This document shows positions 1 through 18,010 of a stretch of 64,000 nucleotides of DNA, in pieces. The stretch is from Trichoplax sp. H2 (lineage: Eukaryota): contig NOWV01000016.1 in NCBI GenBank assembly GCA_003344405.1, forward strand, positions 310,001 to 374,000, given 5' to 3'. The notes under the pieces are model-generated. The model was not told the DNA's origin. It worked only from the letters and a program-made list of their open reading frames with translations, and did not search any database. The position numbers and the translations under genes were made by a program. How positions within the stretch are numbered: position 1 is the first letter of the stretch; the number at the start of each line of letters is the position of its first letter.

Positions 1-2744
1 AAATAGTAACCGTTGTTTTGGAGTTGAATTACAGCCGGATCACAACAGTAACGGATTTTATAAGTGTAATTTACAGGTAGTAAGCTGTAGCGTAGCCCTA
101 AATATAGCTTAATAGATTATGGGATAGTTAGTTAGTACAGCCCTCGGTAGCAGACTTAATCCCATGTAATAAAGTGAATTAAGTGAATTATTTTCCTAAG
201 ATACAGAGGTTTCATTTTTTATTGAACTTAGATTAGACACTTTATCATGTTAGCATGCAAGTGTATAAGAAGACCCTTAAGCTAAAAGGTATTTATAAAG
301 TCTTTATAAGTAAAATGAACATGATTATAACTATGCTGCAATATTGCTACTTTCATGCAATTATATAATAATGCAGATGTGTAAAATTTGCTACTGTTAT
401 GGCTATCTGGCTGCTTAGCAAAATTGTAATCATTGGCTTATGTCACTATGAGTATGTACTGTACTAGGTATCCTATAATTATCTTCTATTGGAAAATCTA
501 ATATGCACCTCGCTTATATGTGTATAACATATATATAGTATACAAAGGTATTTTTAATAGTCCATGCTACTGTACTGTAATGGTACTACACGTCTAGTTT
601 CGGACGAAACTATCGACAGGTGTAACTGTAACAACGACATTTTCCTTGATTTCTAAAAACATTTTTAGAATATTTTGATAATTTATAACCTTTCGTTCTT
701 TTGATGTGCCTAACCATAATTGCTAATCCTCCTTTTCTTGTAGCACCTAAGTTGCTACAAACTTAAGCTTTCTATCATGGAGCACAGATATTCGAAATGT
801 GATGTGATTGTCATAAAATCAATATAAAAATAGCGTTTTTAGCGCCAATCACGCTGCTTTAAAGTTAAAATACTAGGTGATAAAAGCAGTAAATTACTAA
901 TAACTTAGGTATACAGGAAGAATAACGTTAACTATTATGGCTAGGCAGTTCAAATGAATAAAAAATGGCAATTTATCAAATATCCAAATGAATATTGAAA
1001 TTATTCAATGAAGTGAGATATACGTACTCGTACATAATTAATTCCATATTATGCTATACCGTGTTATTGAACGTTGACGTTAATCTTTCTAAGTTTAATT
1101 TATCAATACTATGCATTCTGAACAACCTCATATATATATAATATTTTAATAATTGTAATCAGCGTAATGCTAGTTATAGTTAATTATTGTCTCATCCAAC
1201 TAATATAGTTCCGTCTCAGTGCTCGTACATTCTTGATTCTTAAATCGATAATGTGGCTATTCTCTATAGTAGATAGTGCAATACTGTGTTGTATATTGCA
1301 GCGTTGTTTGTATATACAGTAGGATCTCTCGTGCACAACAAGAACCCAGAGATTTTCACTATAGCTACGCTAAAGGGACTTATTAAGAGAGATTAGAAGT
1401 TCTTAATATATTAATCGTAGAAAGAGTGATTTCTTTCTATCAATCAATCAAGGACCACTTTTACTATCTGTACTACTATTAGAAAGGAGTAATAAAAGTT
1501 TCTTTCTAGTCGTCCATGACTGAGACTCACTTGCATAATGTCAACCATATTTTAATTAATCATCATTATCTGATGTATATCTCACGGAACCTAAATCATA
1601 TTCGTGTAGTAAAAAAATGGTTAGATACAATAGGATTTTGAGTAGCGGTATTGTATAGCTTTGTAATTTTTTTACCTTAGTACAATGCAATGACAATAAT
1701 TCTAATCAAAATGGAGTTCATCTTATTTTGGTTGTACCATTAATATGCAGAAATATTATACAATGTATATATCTGTGTTACGGAGCCATGCTCCGAAATA
1801 TTAACTGCTATGTTAATTAAATATCTCATTTAAATTATTGTTTGCTCCAGTAGCTTATTAGATATTAATGTTTATTAATAAGTACTTGTTATTGCCAAGG
1901 TATCAGAAAGTTCAATATTGTTGACGTGCCGGAGCTAACACGCTTAGTTAGTAAACGTTAATTAATAACACCTTAAGTGTAAGGTACAATTACTTTGCAG
2001 AGCCTTGAGGCTCTCGTTGCTATACTAGGATATGTATACTGTACGGTGTAAGTCGCTATGTCAAGAATATTCACAAGTGCACCATCGGCGTTGGCCGAGA
2101 CTCTAAAAAGCCGAGCACTAGCTTAGCTGCTCAGTTCCAGTTAGTCACTTGCAGGATCTTTTGACCATTATTGCTAGAGTATTCTTACGTTTTTCTTTAG
2201 TCCATTTTACGACGAAGATAAACGAAAATAAAGTGAAGTATTGAAACCTATTACTCATAAGTAGCCTATTTGTGTAGCTGAGAGTTAGTTCAACTACGAT
2301 GGTCCCTAAGTTAGTTGGGAACACGAGTACTAGTGAAGATAGTGTTTAAGACCCGTTTTCTAGTTACAAAGGAGATTTGTAACAGTCTGCTACACTATAG
2401 AAGTCAAATGGAAAAATCGTTAAAATGGATCAATTCTATTATCAATTGAATTAATTGAAATGATCTCATTTTAGTCAGGGAATAACAGAAAAAAGCTTAC
2501 TAGTCCATGTATTAGTTTATTAAAATTAGACTTCGCACTGTAATAGCTTGCACTATTACGTTAGTACTTCCTTATAGTTAGCACAGTACGATGCAAAACG
2601 CTATGTGTACAGTACTTATTATGAGCAATCAGACCGGCAGTCAGTTACGATAATAGAGACTGTATTACTTTAGCTACACCAGTATAGCACATACGCCAAT
2701 AGACGGCATCATCTTGTACCCCCATGGACTACTAGATATTACCG

Positions 2745-3002
2745 GTAAGATTGAGTAGTTGATAAGTACTCATCAAATTTATTCTTTCTCCGTACATCTT
2801 CGTGTTAGTGTTAATATAACTTAACGTTACTTGCCAATACTCATATCGGTTCTATCTCTTCAAAATGTTCTTTAGAAGGTTTCGTTAATAAGTTAAAATT
2901 GGAAATTTAGTAAGGATCGATTGGACAATTAAAATCGAAGCTAGTAATCCATTTAATTATTATCGAGACACCGTGAAAGCATTTGCTTTTAAAAAAATCT
3001 AG
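2745..3002 (+). other. Probable 5' UTR intron of CBS
   Basis: GTAAGA donor at 2745 and an AG acceptor at 3001-3002, four bases before the ATG. Confidence 0.45.
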
Positions 3003-3006
3003 AATT

Positions 3007-7226
<4,220 letters not shown>

Positions 7227-8218
7227 AACTACTAGCTAATCGTAAAATTGATAACATCCACATGTTTGCAACGGGGTTACTTGATCTATAGCGGGGAGAT
7301 CACAATTATCATTTATCATACATTATGTCAGCTACATGCATGTAATCCAACTTCATATTGATATATTAGTATGTATCGCTAGATATTTATTTTATTTATA
7401 CTAATTGAAAAAAACTTGAAAATTTATCAAGTATATTTATGTCGTTAAAATAAATGAAAGCAGCAATATTGACAAAATTCTGCTAGATATTTCAATTGAT
7501 TTTTGATAAATACCCAAGTGGAATAATATTGTTCCATTATCCTTTAATTTTATGTTAGCACCTATTTGCAGTTACTATATGGGGCTTATTGATCGCGATC
7601 GGTCCGAGTCTTTTAATGGCATAATAAAATAAAATGTACGGCTGGGTCAGCCTTGTGTTAGATAGATTTGCAAATCGACTTTGTAATTCAGAACTCTATC
7701 ATACACCGTCTTCGCTATATACTTCATAAAATCAACAACAGTCATAAATCCTATGGCATTCACCTTTAAATTGTGCGTGACTGTTATTAAAGCTTAGATT
7801 ATCAAATAACATATAGCAATATACATATGTTTCATCGTCAAGATCTCTAGTTTTATTATTTTGTAATAGGTACTTGCACAAATTAAGCTTACTGTATATC
7901 ATCCGATTCTTCTACTAATATGAAGATATAAGGTCATAAACAGCAGTATAGAAGACGAAAACTAGGTCTACGTATTTCCAAACTTTCGATATAATGACTG
8001 CTACATAATCTGCATTCCTGACAGTAATCACGACACTAATCACTATAGTAATCATTTTTGCATCTAACTCGATTTAGACTGCACACCACTATGAACTACT
8101 AAATTAGTAAGTATTTATTTAGTAGTCCATGATACAACTGGTCAGTTCACTGTAATATCACAACGTCTACTGTATTATGGCTACTAGATGTAATTTAGTA
8201 ATGCATGACTTTTTGCGT

Positions 8219-8329
8219 ACCAGTTGTTGGGATTATAATTCTAAAATCGTATACCTATACGCTATACAGTACTGTACCTGGCAGATTAGTAAGGTATACG
8301 ATTTTAGTATTATAATCCCAACAACTGGT
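8219..8329. repeat. Long inverted repeat (hairpin or MITE-like), about 38-bp arms
   Basis: ACCAGTTGTTGGGATTATAATTCTAAAATCGTATACCT pairs with AGGTATACGATTTTAGTATTATAATCCCAACAACTGGT with one mismatch, across a spacer of about 35 nt. Confidence 0.85.
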
Positions 8330-9839
8330 TATACACTACTACAGAAATAAGAAGTAAAAAAGCTTTCGTAACTTAGTATACGATTGCAGACCTTCCATAC
8401 AGTAAAGTTCAATAGACCAGGCCCTCCGAGCATTGTATTGCCACTATATTTTCAATGCTCTCTCCCTTATTTTAGGCTAAAAAGAAGGAAAGAAACCAGA
8501 AATGGTTGTACAGTGTAATAAAAATTTCTATTTTACAGATCTTGTGCTGCGCACAGCCATTCACGGATGTAGTACAGTATGTAGTAAGATTTACCTCTAC
8601 ACGTGACTAGCATCGAGATAAAAATCTCTACGACCCTGAGAGAAAAAGATAGTACAGTCATGGACTACTAGAAATACCTTCTCGTATATTATCCTTAAAG
8701 TTATATTGTGCAGGTAATGGCGAACCTAAATACTTTAAATACGCATTGATTGACAGCGGGAAGAGTTCAATTTTCAACTAGTAAAGATTTTCATATTAAA
8801 GACTTTGGTTCTTATTTTTTGGTAACGTTTTGGCATATTTCTTAAAATGCAGCAAACATAGGTACAACATTGGATATGACCGTTATAGTTTTAAAGAATA
8901 TTCTTAGAAAGTTAACTCTCATTACTAGAATCTTTTAACTCTACCGAATTTTTTGAAGATAGGTATTGTAGTTATTCATTACTCACCACATCAAAAGTAA
9001 TGATAGGCCTACAACTTGCTCTCATCGTTTCGTCTAATTTCTGCTTATTACTTAGGGCATTTGATATCAAGTAACGCTAATTCTATAACATTTCTAACGG
9101 GTTGCAGTAGATCGGTTCGAGACGCCTTGTTGTATAATGTTCTAATGATATACATGTGCGATCATCTGGCAGAAGGTTACTTGACATACCGTTACATTTC
9201 ATTCGTGGCTATTGTAATACTAAAGTCGCTCGAAATAGTTTAGGAACTCACTTTGTTGGAATACTTCCTAGGATAACGAACATGTCTTAACCTAGCTCAC
9301 TGAAAGATTAATAATCAGAATTTAGTGATCATAATGGACTGTAAACCTGGGTTATGAATTAAAACCTGTAGTGGTTGATACTAGATCGAAAGGTCATAGC
9401 AAAATGTCATCAATTTAATTAATGTATCAACAATAATGATGAATAATAACATTTTATTACTATCGTTTAGTAAAGTATCTTAGTTTTCCAACAGAGCGTC
9501 ACTTCCCAATGAAACTTTTAAAAAAAAATCCATAACCTCGCTCAAAAAATATTTACAACCCATACTATCAATTAAATTCAAATATATACTATTAATGCAG
9601 ATAACATTACTTAATAGGTAAATTAAATTGAAATCGCCATATAGCATATGTTTGAAACCGATATAATATTTTCATGAATTTATACGTTGTACTGTAAACT
9701 TGAATAAAATTCCTCGAATAGTAAATAAATCTTCTGGTACCGCGATTAAACATCGAATTAGCGGAATCCGGAAAAGTGTTGCTAGAAAAGCCAAACAAAT
9801 ACCACATACACGTGTGGACATAAACAACCGTAATTTAAT

Positions 9840-12800
9840 TTAGTAATAAGCTCCACCTAATGACAGTGGCGGTCTTTTTTGACGATTAAAACTGGATGTT
9901 CTAGAATGACTTCCGCCTTGATTTTGGAAACCAATAGGGAATGGTTGCTGATATATGTCCTGGGGCTTAGTATTAGTTTCATTCTATGAAAACGAGTATG
10001 ACATTCTATTTACTATACATTCTCATTATGAAATAAACTTAGCATATAACTTAATAACATTTGTGATGTCTGTACCTGATATTCAGATTGTCTGGGCGTC
10101 GATTGCACCGAGTCGCTCACCCTAGAGTATTTTTACGGTGAAAGTACCCGCATAACACTATTAGTTATAAACTAATGCAAATAGAACCAGTAGATAATAG
10201 CTGCATATCTTACCCGGTATCGGATGCAGAAAATCCAAGATCGCTAACGTTACTCTCCGTGCCATAGGAAGAGGTTAAATCATGAGAATATCTATTTTGC
10301 ATATCCGGAAGATTTGAACTGAACGGCTGAGATGTAGACATATTTGCAGCAGCATATCCACCAAGTCTACCTTGGGCATATGAATCGTGTGTTCCAGTAT
10401 GTGCTGTAACATCAACACCTTGAATGAGAACATAAATAGATTTTACATTGAAAGTATCGTTGAAAGCTTGATAACGCTTGAATGTTACCTTGTTGCGAAC
10501 TATCATACAATTGACCCGATGGATCTTGTGCAATATTCCTGTTTTGGTTACCTATGAGATGATGCAGTCGCTTACTTAAATTAAAGTTCAATAACAAAAA
10601 TCATATAACTAGATTTTCATATTTTATTATATACCATGCACATTGGATTCGTACGGTTCTTGGCGATTCATTGCTTGCTGCCTATTTTCACGATTAGATC
10701 GCATTTCTGCAGTTTGATATCTTCCATGGTCATTGTCAGAGTGTTCTTGCAACCCTTCATTAGAGTTATTATTATTACTTGAACTCGTAAATGGATCTGA
10801 TACGTCATCTTGATCTTAAAAAAAAGTTCATTCCAAATTACGAGCCTTAAAATAAAAATACATACACGTACATCTATGGTAGCTTAAAATCTACATCATG
10901 CGTTTGAACATACTAGCTGTTGGAACGAAAAATTGTCCTGTTGCTTTAGCTGGAGTTGTATTATTTTGTACAGGATTGAGGAAGTTTGGAGGAAGAATTG
11001 TCTTTTGGCCTGAGGTTGTTTCACTTTTTTTTCCGCCGAAAACATCGACATATTGGCTTCGACCACCTGATGATCAATGGATGAAGTCAATAGCGTCCAA
11101 TTGAAGAGGTTATGAGTTAACAATCTTAATTTCGTATACACAGTAAGGCTAAAAAATTTACCCATTTTCCCACCGCGCCCTTTAAAGATAGAATAACTGT
11201 TAGTAGCTGAAGCCCCGGCAGTGGATGTTGTCGTAGATTCCTGTTGCTGGGAAAGCGGTTGCATAGGATTGTTTGCAGAATTATTCATCGGCTGCTGATA
11301 TGTTGGGATGCCTACGTCAACAGTTGGTCGATAATTAGCTATTTTTTATACATAGATTGCATTGAGTACGTGATTGTAAAATGTTGCAAATACTCACTAG
11401 GTTGAGCTGTGGAAGGCTTGGTTAATTGTGTATCTGATGGGGGCGGAGCAGCAGCTTTTGTTGTCTTATACGTCCAAATAATTAACAATCATCAAATTAT
11501 AATCTAGCCTAACTAACTGCAGATAAAGGCTACTGTAATTCTAAGTCGAAGTTTTTTCTTACCTCTTCTGGATTATCGTTATCAACCCACTTTTTTAAAT
11601 TTTCATCATAGTAAATCTGTTAACATGTAAAAATAGCGCATAGATAAAAATTTAACTAACAAGATCTAATCGTAGCAAAACGTCATAATATTAATGCTCG
11701 AAAACATACAGTTGGCTTTCTGTCATCGGGCAAATGCATTTCATTTTTTCCTCTAAAGATCATACTACTGACGGTAGATAACCAACCCTTTGATAGCAAC
11801 AATTACGAAAAGTCATTGATTCCATATTAGAATAAGACTTTAGCAATTGAAATGTTTAATGCAAACCTTTTGCTTAACTTTCCTTCCAGGTGTTTTAGCC
11901 GGTGAATCTTGACTCTTTTTGGCCATATCTTTTTATATGAAAGATATATATATATACTAGGTTAGCGATTTTTAATATACCTATTGCTATAAGTAGTAAT
12001 TATTACGCTACCATCACTTGGTGCTTTCACTATGTCCCTATTGGGTTGAAACTTATCGACGATATTAGGATCTTGTTGATTTTCCTAACATTAAAAATAA
12101 ATTTCTTTAAATAACAGCTGTTAATTCTTCTAATTCTAACTATATGATGCAGTATTAATTGATATATCTCTACTTCTGGCTTATAGGTATTTGCACGGGG
12201 AACTGTGGTCTTGCTGCTAGCAGGTTCATACATTGCAGCGCTGTTGCCCGCAGGTTCATATATTGGATTTAATGGGATATTTCCACCAGTAGGTTGGCTT
12301 TGTGAAGTACTATTGGGATTATAAAATAATTTAGGACTGTCTTGTCTTTGATGACTGGTTGGAATTGTTGGGCTGTACAATCCAGGCTTATTTTCAGGTT
12401 GTGCACGGTTATACAATCCAGAATTATTTTCAGATTGTGTCGGGGTATATAATCCTGGTTTGTTTTCATGTTGCCTATTAATTTCTGATTCATCAAAGGT
12501 AAACTGATGAACAGATTTATTTGATTCAGCTGGTGTGTGCACAAGAGACAGATTGCCGCCTCCAGAATAAGATTGTATGGGTGAAGCTGGATTTTGATAC
12601 GTGTAGTCATCCTCCACTTTTGGAGCTATCACATCATTGTTATCTGTTGATGTACTGTTATTAAAACGATATAAATTATTATTATAGTCAAGGTCGGTCA
12701 ATGAGTGAAGATTAGCTAGCCATTCCGGTTCATCTTCGTCTTCATTGCCACTATCTTCAGGATTGAAATATGTAGCACGAGAAGCGAAATTTGCTACACA

Positions 12801-15800
12801 TTTTATAAATGATTTAGAATATAGTTTTGGATTAGAATGAATAGTGTAAGCCAAGGATTCTAAGTACTGTAAGGCCTCGTCCTTCCCGCCAAGCTCGCTT
12901 AAAAGTGCTGCGTACATAAATTTATACGGCTGAAATTTTGGGAATGCGTCACCAGGTCTTTGTAGCGAGCGAATATACTCACATATTTCAGTACGATGAA
13001 TATCGACAATATCTAAAGACTGTAATGATTTACTTGCAGAATTTTGACCAACTAATATAAAGTCCTTTTTTTCACTGTCAAAACGGCCAGGGATTACTCC
13101 TGCAATCAGGTAACATAACTGTCCAGCGAATATATCACCAATTTGCATCAACTGATTTCCAAGAGAAATTATATTGTCTTTATCAAACTTCGAATTAGAT
13201 GTTGTATTAGACAATAACATTGCCAAATGCGATTTCCAATTTGTATTTATAGTACGTTTATTAGTTATGGCTGTTGGTAGTTGACCATCTAATACTTGGT
13301 ATAGTGTTAGTAAAGTATCTCCTTCCATCATCGACTGAAAGAACTTGTTAATAACCATTTTGTACATTCGAGAATCTAATCTATTGGATAATATCATAGC
13401 ATGGCCCCATAAACCATTACCGATTGCAATTTCTAACGCTTCCCTTTTTTTCCCTTGTAATAGTAATTGCCTAAATTCTTTTTCAATAGCTTGCATATTA
13501 AATGAAACTTGCGGAGAACTTTCTAGTTCTGCTTCATCGTGGCACTCAGATTCGAAATCATCATTAGTGGCCAATTTATTACTACTTTCATTACATAACT
13601 GCTCATCGTTTAACAGTAGTTCAGAAATATCAGTATTTAGTATTGTTCCATTTTGACGAATTCCCATCAGTAGATACTTCCACAGTAAACGCGATGACGA
13701 TGTTTCCATTCTATCAGTCGTATTAGCAATTTTAGTCTCAATATAACTTATTATATCACGTTTGTGTGTATCGTCACACATTAGAGGCCCAGGAAAATCT
13801 TTGATATCATGCTGCAGCTTCTGTTCCGATACGCTATTCTGAAATTAGTATATAGAGTGACGTAATGATAGGTATTAGTATTTCCTTAAATTTCTAATAT
13901 GAATATGTATAATAGGTATAATAGTGAACGCATTCTAAGGCTTACCTGTAGCTGAGATATAGTTACCATGTTAGGGTTACTGGCTGAGGTCATAACCACT
14001 ACCCCACCAAAGCTAAAATTACATCTAACATGAGGTGCAACGTATAACGGTGGAGGTTTCTGATCTTCTTCATCTATATGTTGTAGTAGTGAGTTTTATT
14101 AAGCGAATTATTTCAATTATTTCCTCAGTAATGATAAGCAATACATTGTTTTATACCTTCTTCAATAGGTACGTCCTCATCTGGTCCTGGTGGATATGCT
14201 ATAGCACTAGCATCGACTTCAGAATAATCAGGTATAGTGGGTTCACCTTGTTGATAATGAAAATTATCAGTATTTGATTCAATATGCGTTACATTGTTAT
14301 CTGAAGTGAGATCGTGGTCATAGATTGGTAGTTGTGGAGTAGCTACAGAAGTACTAGTTGTAGGGGCCATTTCTGAATCGTAGGTAGATGAATCCAAAGC
14401 GTCCCCTTGAGCGTTGTTGGCGAAGTTAGGATTATTTGATTCCTGTGGACCTTGTTGAACAGCTGATTGAGTATAGTAATTTTCGTAATATTGGGCTTCC
14501 TGTTGCTGATGATCAGCAAATCCAGGGTAGTTTTGCTGATCATTAGGATTTGATCCATAGTAATTTGCATTCTGGTAGTACGTTGAGTAGTACCAGTCCT
14601 GGTATTGCTGATACTGGTAGCCGTACGGATCCCAAGGAGTGGGGTAATAATAATATTGTTGATACGGATATGAAGCGTAAGGATATTGTTGCTGATAATT
14701 ATAATACTGATTGGCATCGACATTGCCACTTTGAGTATTTAATCGGGCGGGTTGTTGTTGTTGTTGTTGTTGATATTGGCTACCATATGCAGAACTTGAT
14801 TCGTTTCCGATGGTTTGATTCTGATCAACATAAGGTTGTCCAGCGCTAGTCATACCTTGGTATTGATTGCTCTTAGTTACTGAAGCTTGCTTTGCAAAAT
14901 GATCAGGACCCGGAAACTGCGGCTGGTTCTTTGTTGTAGGTAAATAACTAGTTGCAAAATTATTGGGAGGCGGGGGAGGCTGCGATTGCGGCATAACTGG
15001 TGCAACTTGGTAGTTAGAAGAAGAATTTATTAGCGGATTTTCCGAATTATCACTGGGGTCAATGGGCGCATTTCCAATTTTACTTTCTTCTTGCGTTATT
15101 GACGGAGTAATATCAGAACTACGAGGTACATTGGTATCTTTCGATTCTATTGCATTAACAAAACTATCAGTACGCTTAGCAAAACTAAAATTGTCAGTCT
15201 CTACTTTATCAACGTTAGTACTCTCTGCCGCTCCTTGGTCGTATGCTGGTGTGTAATAATTGATTTTCGGTTCTCCGGCCCTTACTGCAGCTACTAAAGA
15301 CGGTTCACTCCCAGTACTTACAACCGTTGCTTTACTGTACGGCATATTACTTAAATTATCGCTACTTTTGTTCTGTCTAATAGGCAAGTTTCTCTGGTTG
15401 GTTCCATAAGCGAGAGCGCCTAAATGACTTAGATTATCATGACTTGAAGATCGCAATTTATTATCTAACGAACTATCATTGTCTATATTGATATCGTCGC
15501 TTTTGCTGAAAGAAGTCGTTAACGTATTTTCATCCATACCACCCTGTAAAAATTCAGGATCATAGCTAAATGATGCTAATACTTGAGGATTGGCACTGCT
15601 GTTATCCTCGGCGAAATCGTTACCTATATAGGAATATTATAACAATATAACAGAACTATTAATAATTTCTTAGTTGTCGCTGTATATTTGTGATGCTATG
15701 ATATAGAATAGAATGTGCAATTATAGCAGCAATATAGGTATATCTATGCTTACGATGTTACTATGTGACTTATATCTGTAGAAATGACTATGACACCATA

Positions 15801-17149
15801 GAATACGCTGTATTGAATGGCGATAACAGTTATTAACATTGGATCGCTGGCCAGATTCACTATAAAGTACTACTCTACTTATAATTTATGCAATTGAGAT
15901 GCTGTAATAGAGCCACTTAGCAAAGATAACGTCAATTCAGAAGATGTTATACCTTCAGGCCTAGCGTCAGTAGGAGAAACTATTTCAGATGCCTGTAATT
16001 CGTCTCTTGTATCCAAGTCGGAATAAGGGAAATGCGAGTTAATCTGTCCATCTTGTGGTATATCTCTTTCGTCGGTCAAATGGACAGTATCCTCAACTTC
16101 AGTATCTGAAGGTAACGGATTATCAGCAACATCTGTTTCTTGATTTAACTGAAACGTATTTTCTGAGGGAAGATCTTGATTCGTTTTGGAAGCGCTATTG
16201 TCTCCGTAATCATCAAGCCAATGATATTCGGATTCATCGCCGCCAACGTCAGTACCTTCAGTGCCGCCTATTATCACATCAGTATCTAATTCAGATTCAG
16301 AATGAGCTGCAACTACTTCATCTTCTCTTGGACTATCTTTTTCGTATTTTTCCTGATCTAAACCTGCCACATTTTCACTGTACGGGAATGAATCAAAGGC
16401 CTGACTGGGCTCATCGGTGATCTTTGATTGATGTGAAATATCTGTGTTGTCGTCTATTAATAAAATTATACAAGTTTATATTTATTGATACTGTGTCCAC
16501 GAATTGATTCTTAAGATTGAGTAGTGAGTATTTCAAGTCTGTCTAAAAAATCAATGTATTGCTTTGTGTAGTCTATGAGTTGTCCAAGTGTATCTACATT
16601 TCTAACGCAGGTAGATTAGCCAACTATCAACTCATTGATTACTAAATGCATCGGCTATACGATTCATAAGAATCAAGTTTGTGTATTCAGTAAAAGTTTC
16701 GATATCATGTATGGCTTAGTGTTATTGATTAACGTTTTCCATCAATGAGTTGCATTTGGAGGGCATAGCATACTCGACCAAGTTACTAGGTGATGTCAAG
16801 ATGCTTTTTGACAGACTCAATCAATGAATGCTGCCGCATATTAAGTTAATACACATCAAAGCATATTCAAAACACTGCATAGAGACAGAGTAAAATGCAT
16901 GTCAGGAAAGCATTGGAATGATCGATTAGCAAGTAGTACTAAAATCTACGTTATCCTATGTCTAGGATGAATTAAGAATTGAATTAGAATTTGAAAAAAA
17001 AAAGAAATGGGGTTTAAATGTTGTCATGGCTTGTGTGTTTTCATGTAATAAGCTTGAAAGAAAATTAGCAAGAACTATACTGTACTCGTGTCATTGAGAT
17101 ACTTACCAAAGTCCGCTACTGCAGCATTCCTAGTTCCAGGATTGTCCAT
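9840..17149 (-). CDS. SEC16: Protein transport protein Sec16 (ER exit site scaffold), multi-exon
   Basis: Long acidic and Q/Y-rich disordered N-terminus. Central conserved domain: FSFGG, FPGPL...HKRDII, LLWKYL, LLLQGKKREALEIAIGNGLWGHAMILS, WKSHLAMLLSN, FQPYKFMYAALLSELG. C-terminal motif EMHLPDDRKPTIYYDENLKKWV. The last exon ends RQKRPPLSLGGAYY-stop at 9840. The probable ATG at 17149 lies in a 43-nt exon followed by GTAAGT; the start is less certain than the body. Confidence 0.9.
14751..14772 (-). repeat. (CAA)n microsatellite encoding polyQ in Sec16
   Basis: (GTT)n run on the + strand, translating to QQQQQQQ in the Sec16 ORF. Confidence 0.85.
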
Positions 17150-17704
17150 TTTGCAAAGATATCATTCACGTTTTTCTATCTATTCTACGAAAAGATCAAT
17201 CCTATTATTCGAAATTAATAGATAGAGTTAGCAGAAAGAATCTTGACTAATCAATGGAGTACATCTTTCTTCTCCAACATGGCTACCGACTATATCTTCT
17301 AGTCTAGTGTTCTACTATGTATATTGGTATTGTACAATCAGTCATGTACTATCCACCCAATTGTTACCCTATAGAGTACAGTATACTACCGCAAGGATTA
17401 GCTCTTTTTCCACTACCGTAGTATATCATACCACTTTAAATACCTCTTCAAACTAGGTCAAAAGCCACTCGAAGTTTTCATACAGAAAGCTAGATGTAAT
17501 TTTTCCAGAATTCCCAACCAATTTATTCAATTCTTGCTATTCTAACACTGAATTGAGATTCTTCTTTGGAGCGAACTTGTTCAAAGCAGAAAACTTTGAA
17601 CTCTCTGATTTGTTGGCCTACTGTCGCAGGGCGATTTTGGGGGGGACCTTCAATCGCCTATGATCGTGGTGTGAGTGCTCAGTCACGTTGGTTCGTCCTA
17701 CAGT

Positions 17705-17750
17705 CCAATACAGAAGAAATGATTGAATTGGTTAACAAAGAGACACGTCA
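17705..17750 (-). promoter_or_regulatory. Putative CREB3/XBP1-type site (TGACGTGT) with two CCAAT boxes upstream of Sec16
   Basis: ACACGTCA at 17743-17750, CCAAT at 17705 and ATTGG at 17727, in a GC-richer island about 0.6 kb 5' of the Sec16 ATG. Confidence 0.35.
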
Positions 17751-17759
17751 GGAGAGTTG

Positions 17760-18010
17760 CTACAGTGTACAGTACGGAGACGAGTGTGGTACAGTACTGT
17801 AAGTATTTTCGGGGTGGAGTAGCCGTACCGTACTGATAGATTTGGACCAACTGTACTGTACACTGTACAGTGTACAGTACTCTGTAGTGGACTGTACAGT
17901 ACATTGTACTGTAATGTACAACTGGTGCTAGTGGCATGATGAAGATGGTGATGAAATGGAATGCTCTGGTACTGCACCTTTTTACAGCACATGTACAGTA
18001 TACTGTTTGA
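17760..18010. repeat. Low-complexity TACAGT/ACTGTA palindromic cluster
   Basis: Dense tacagt, actgta and gtacag words. Confidence 0.7.

Noticed and set aside
12269..16420. Alternate-frame and antisense ORFs overlapping the large Sec16 exons
   Set aside because: Shadow ORFs of long coding exons, with no recognisable motifs.
17620..17680. RNase MRP/P RNA, from GAAGGTCCCC on the minus strand
   Set aside because: No complementary P4 partner or other conserved regions were found.
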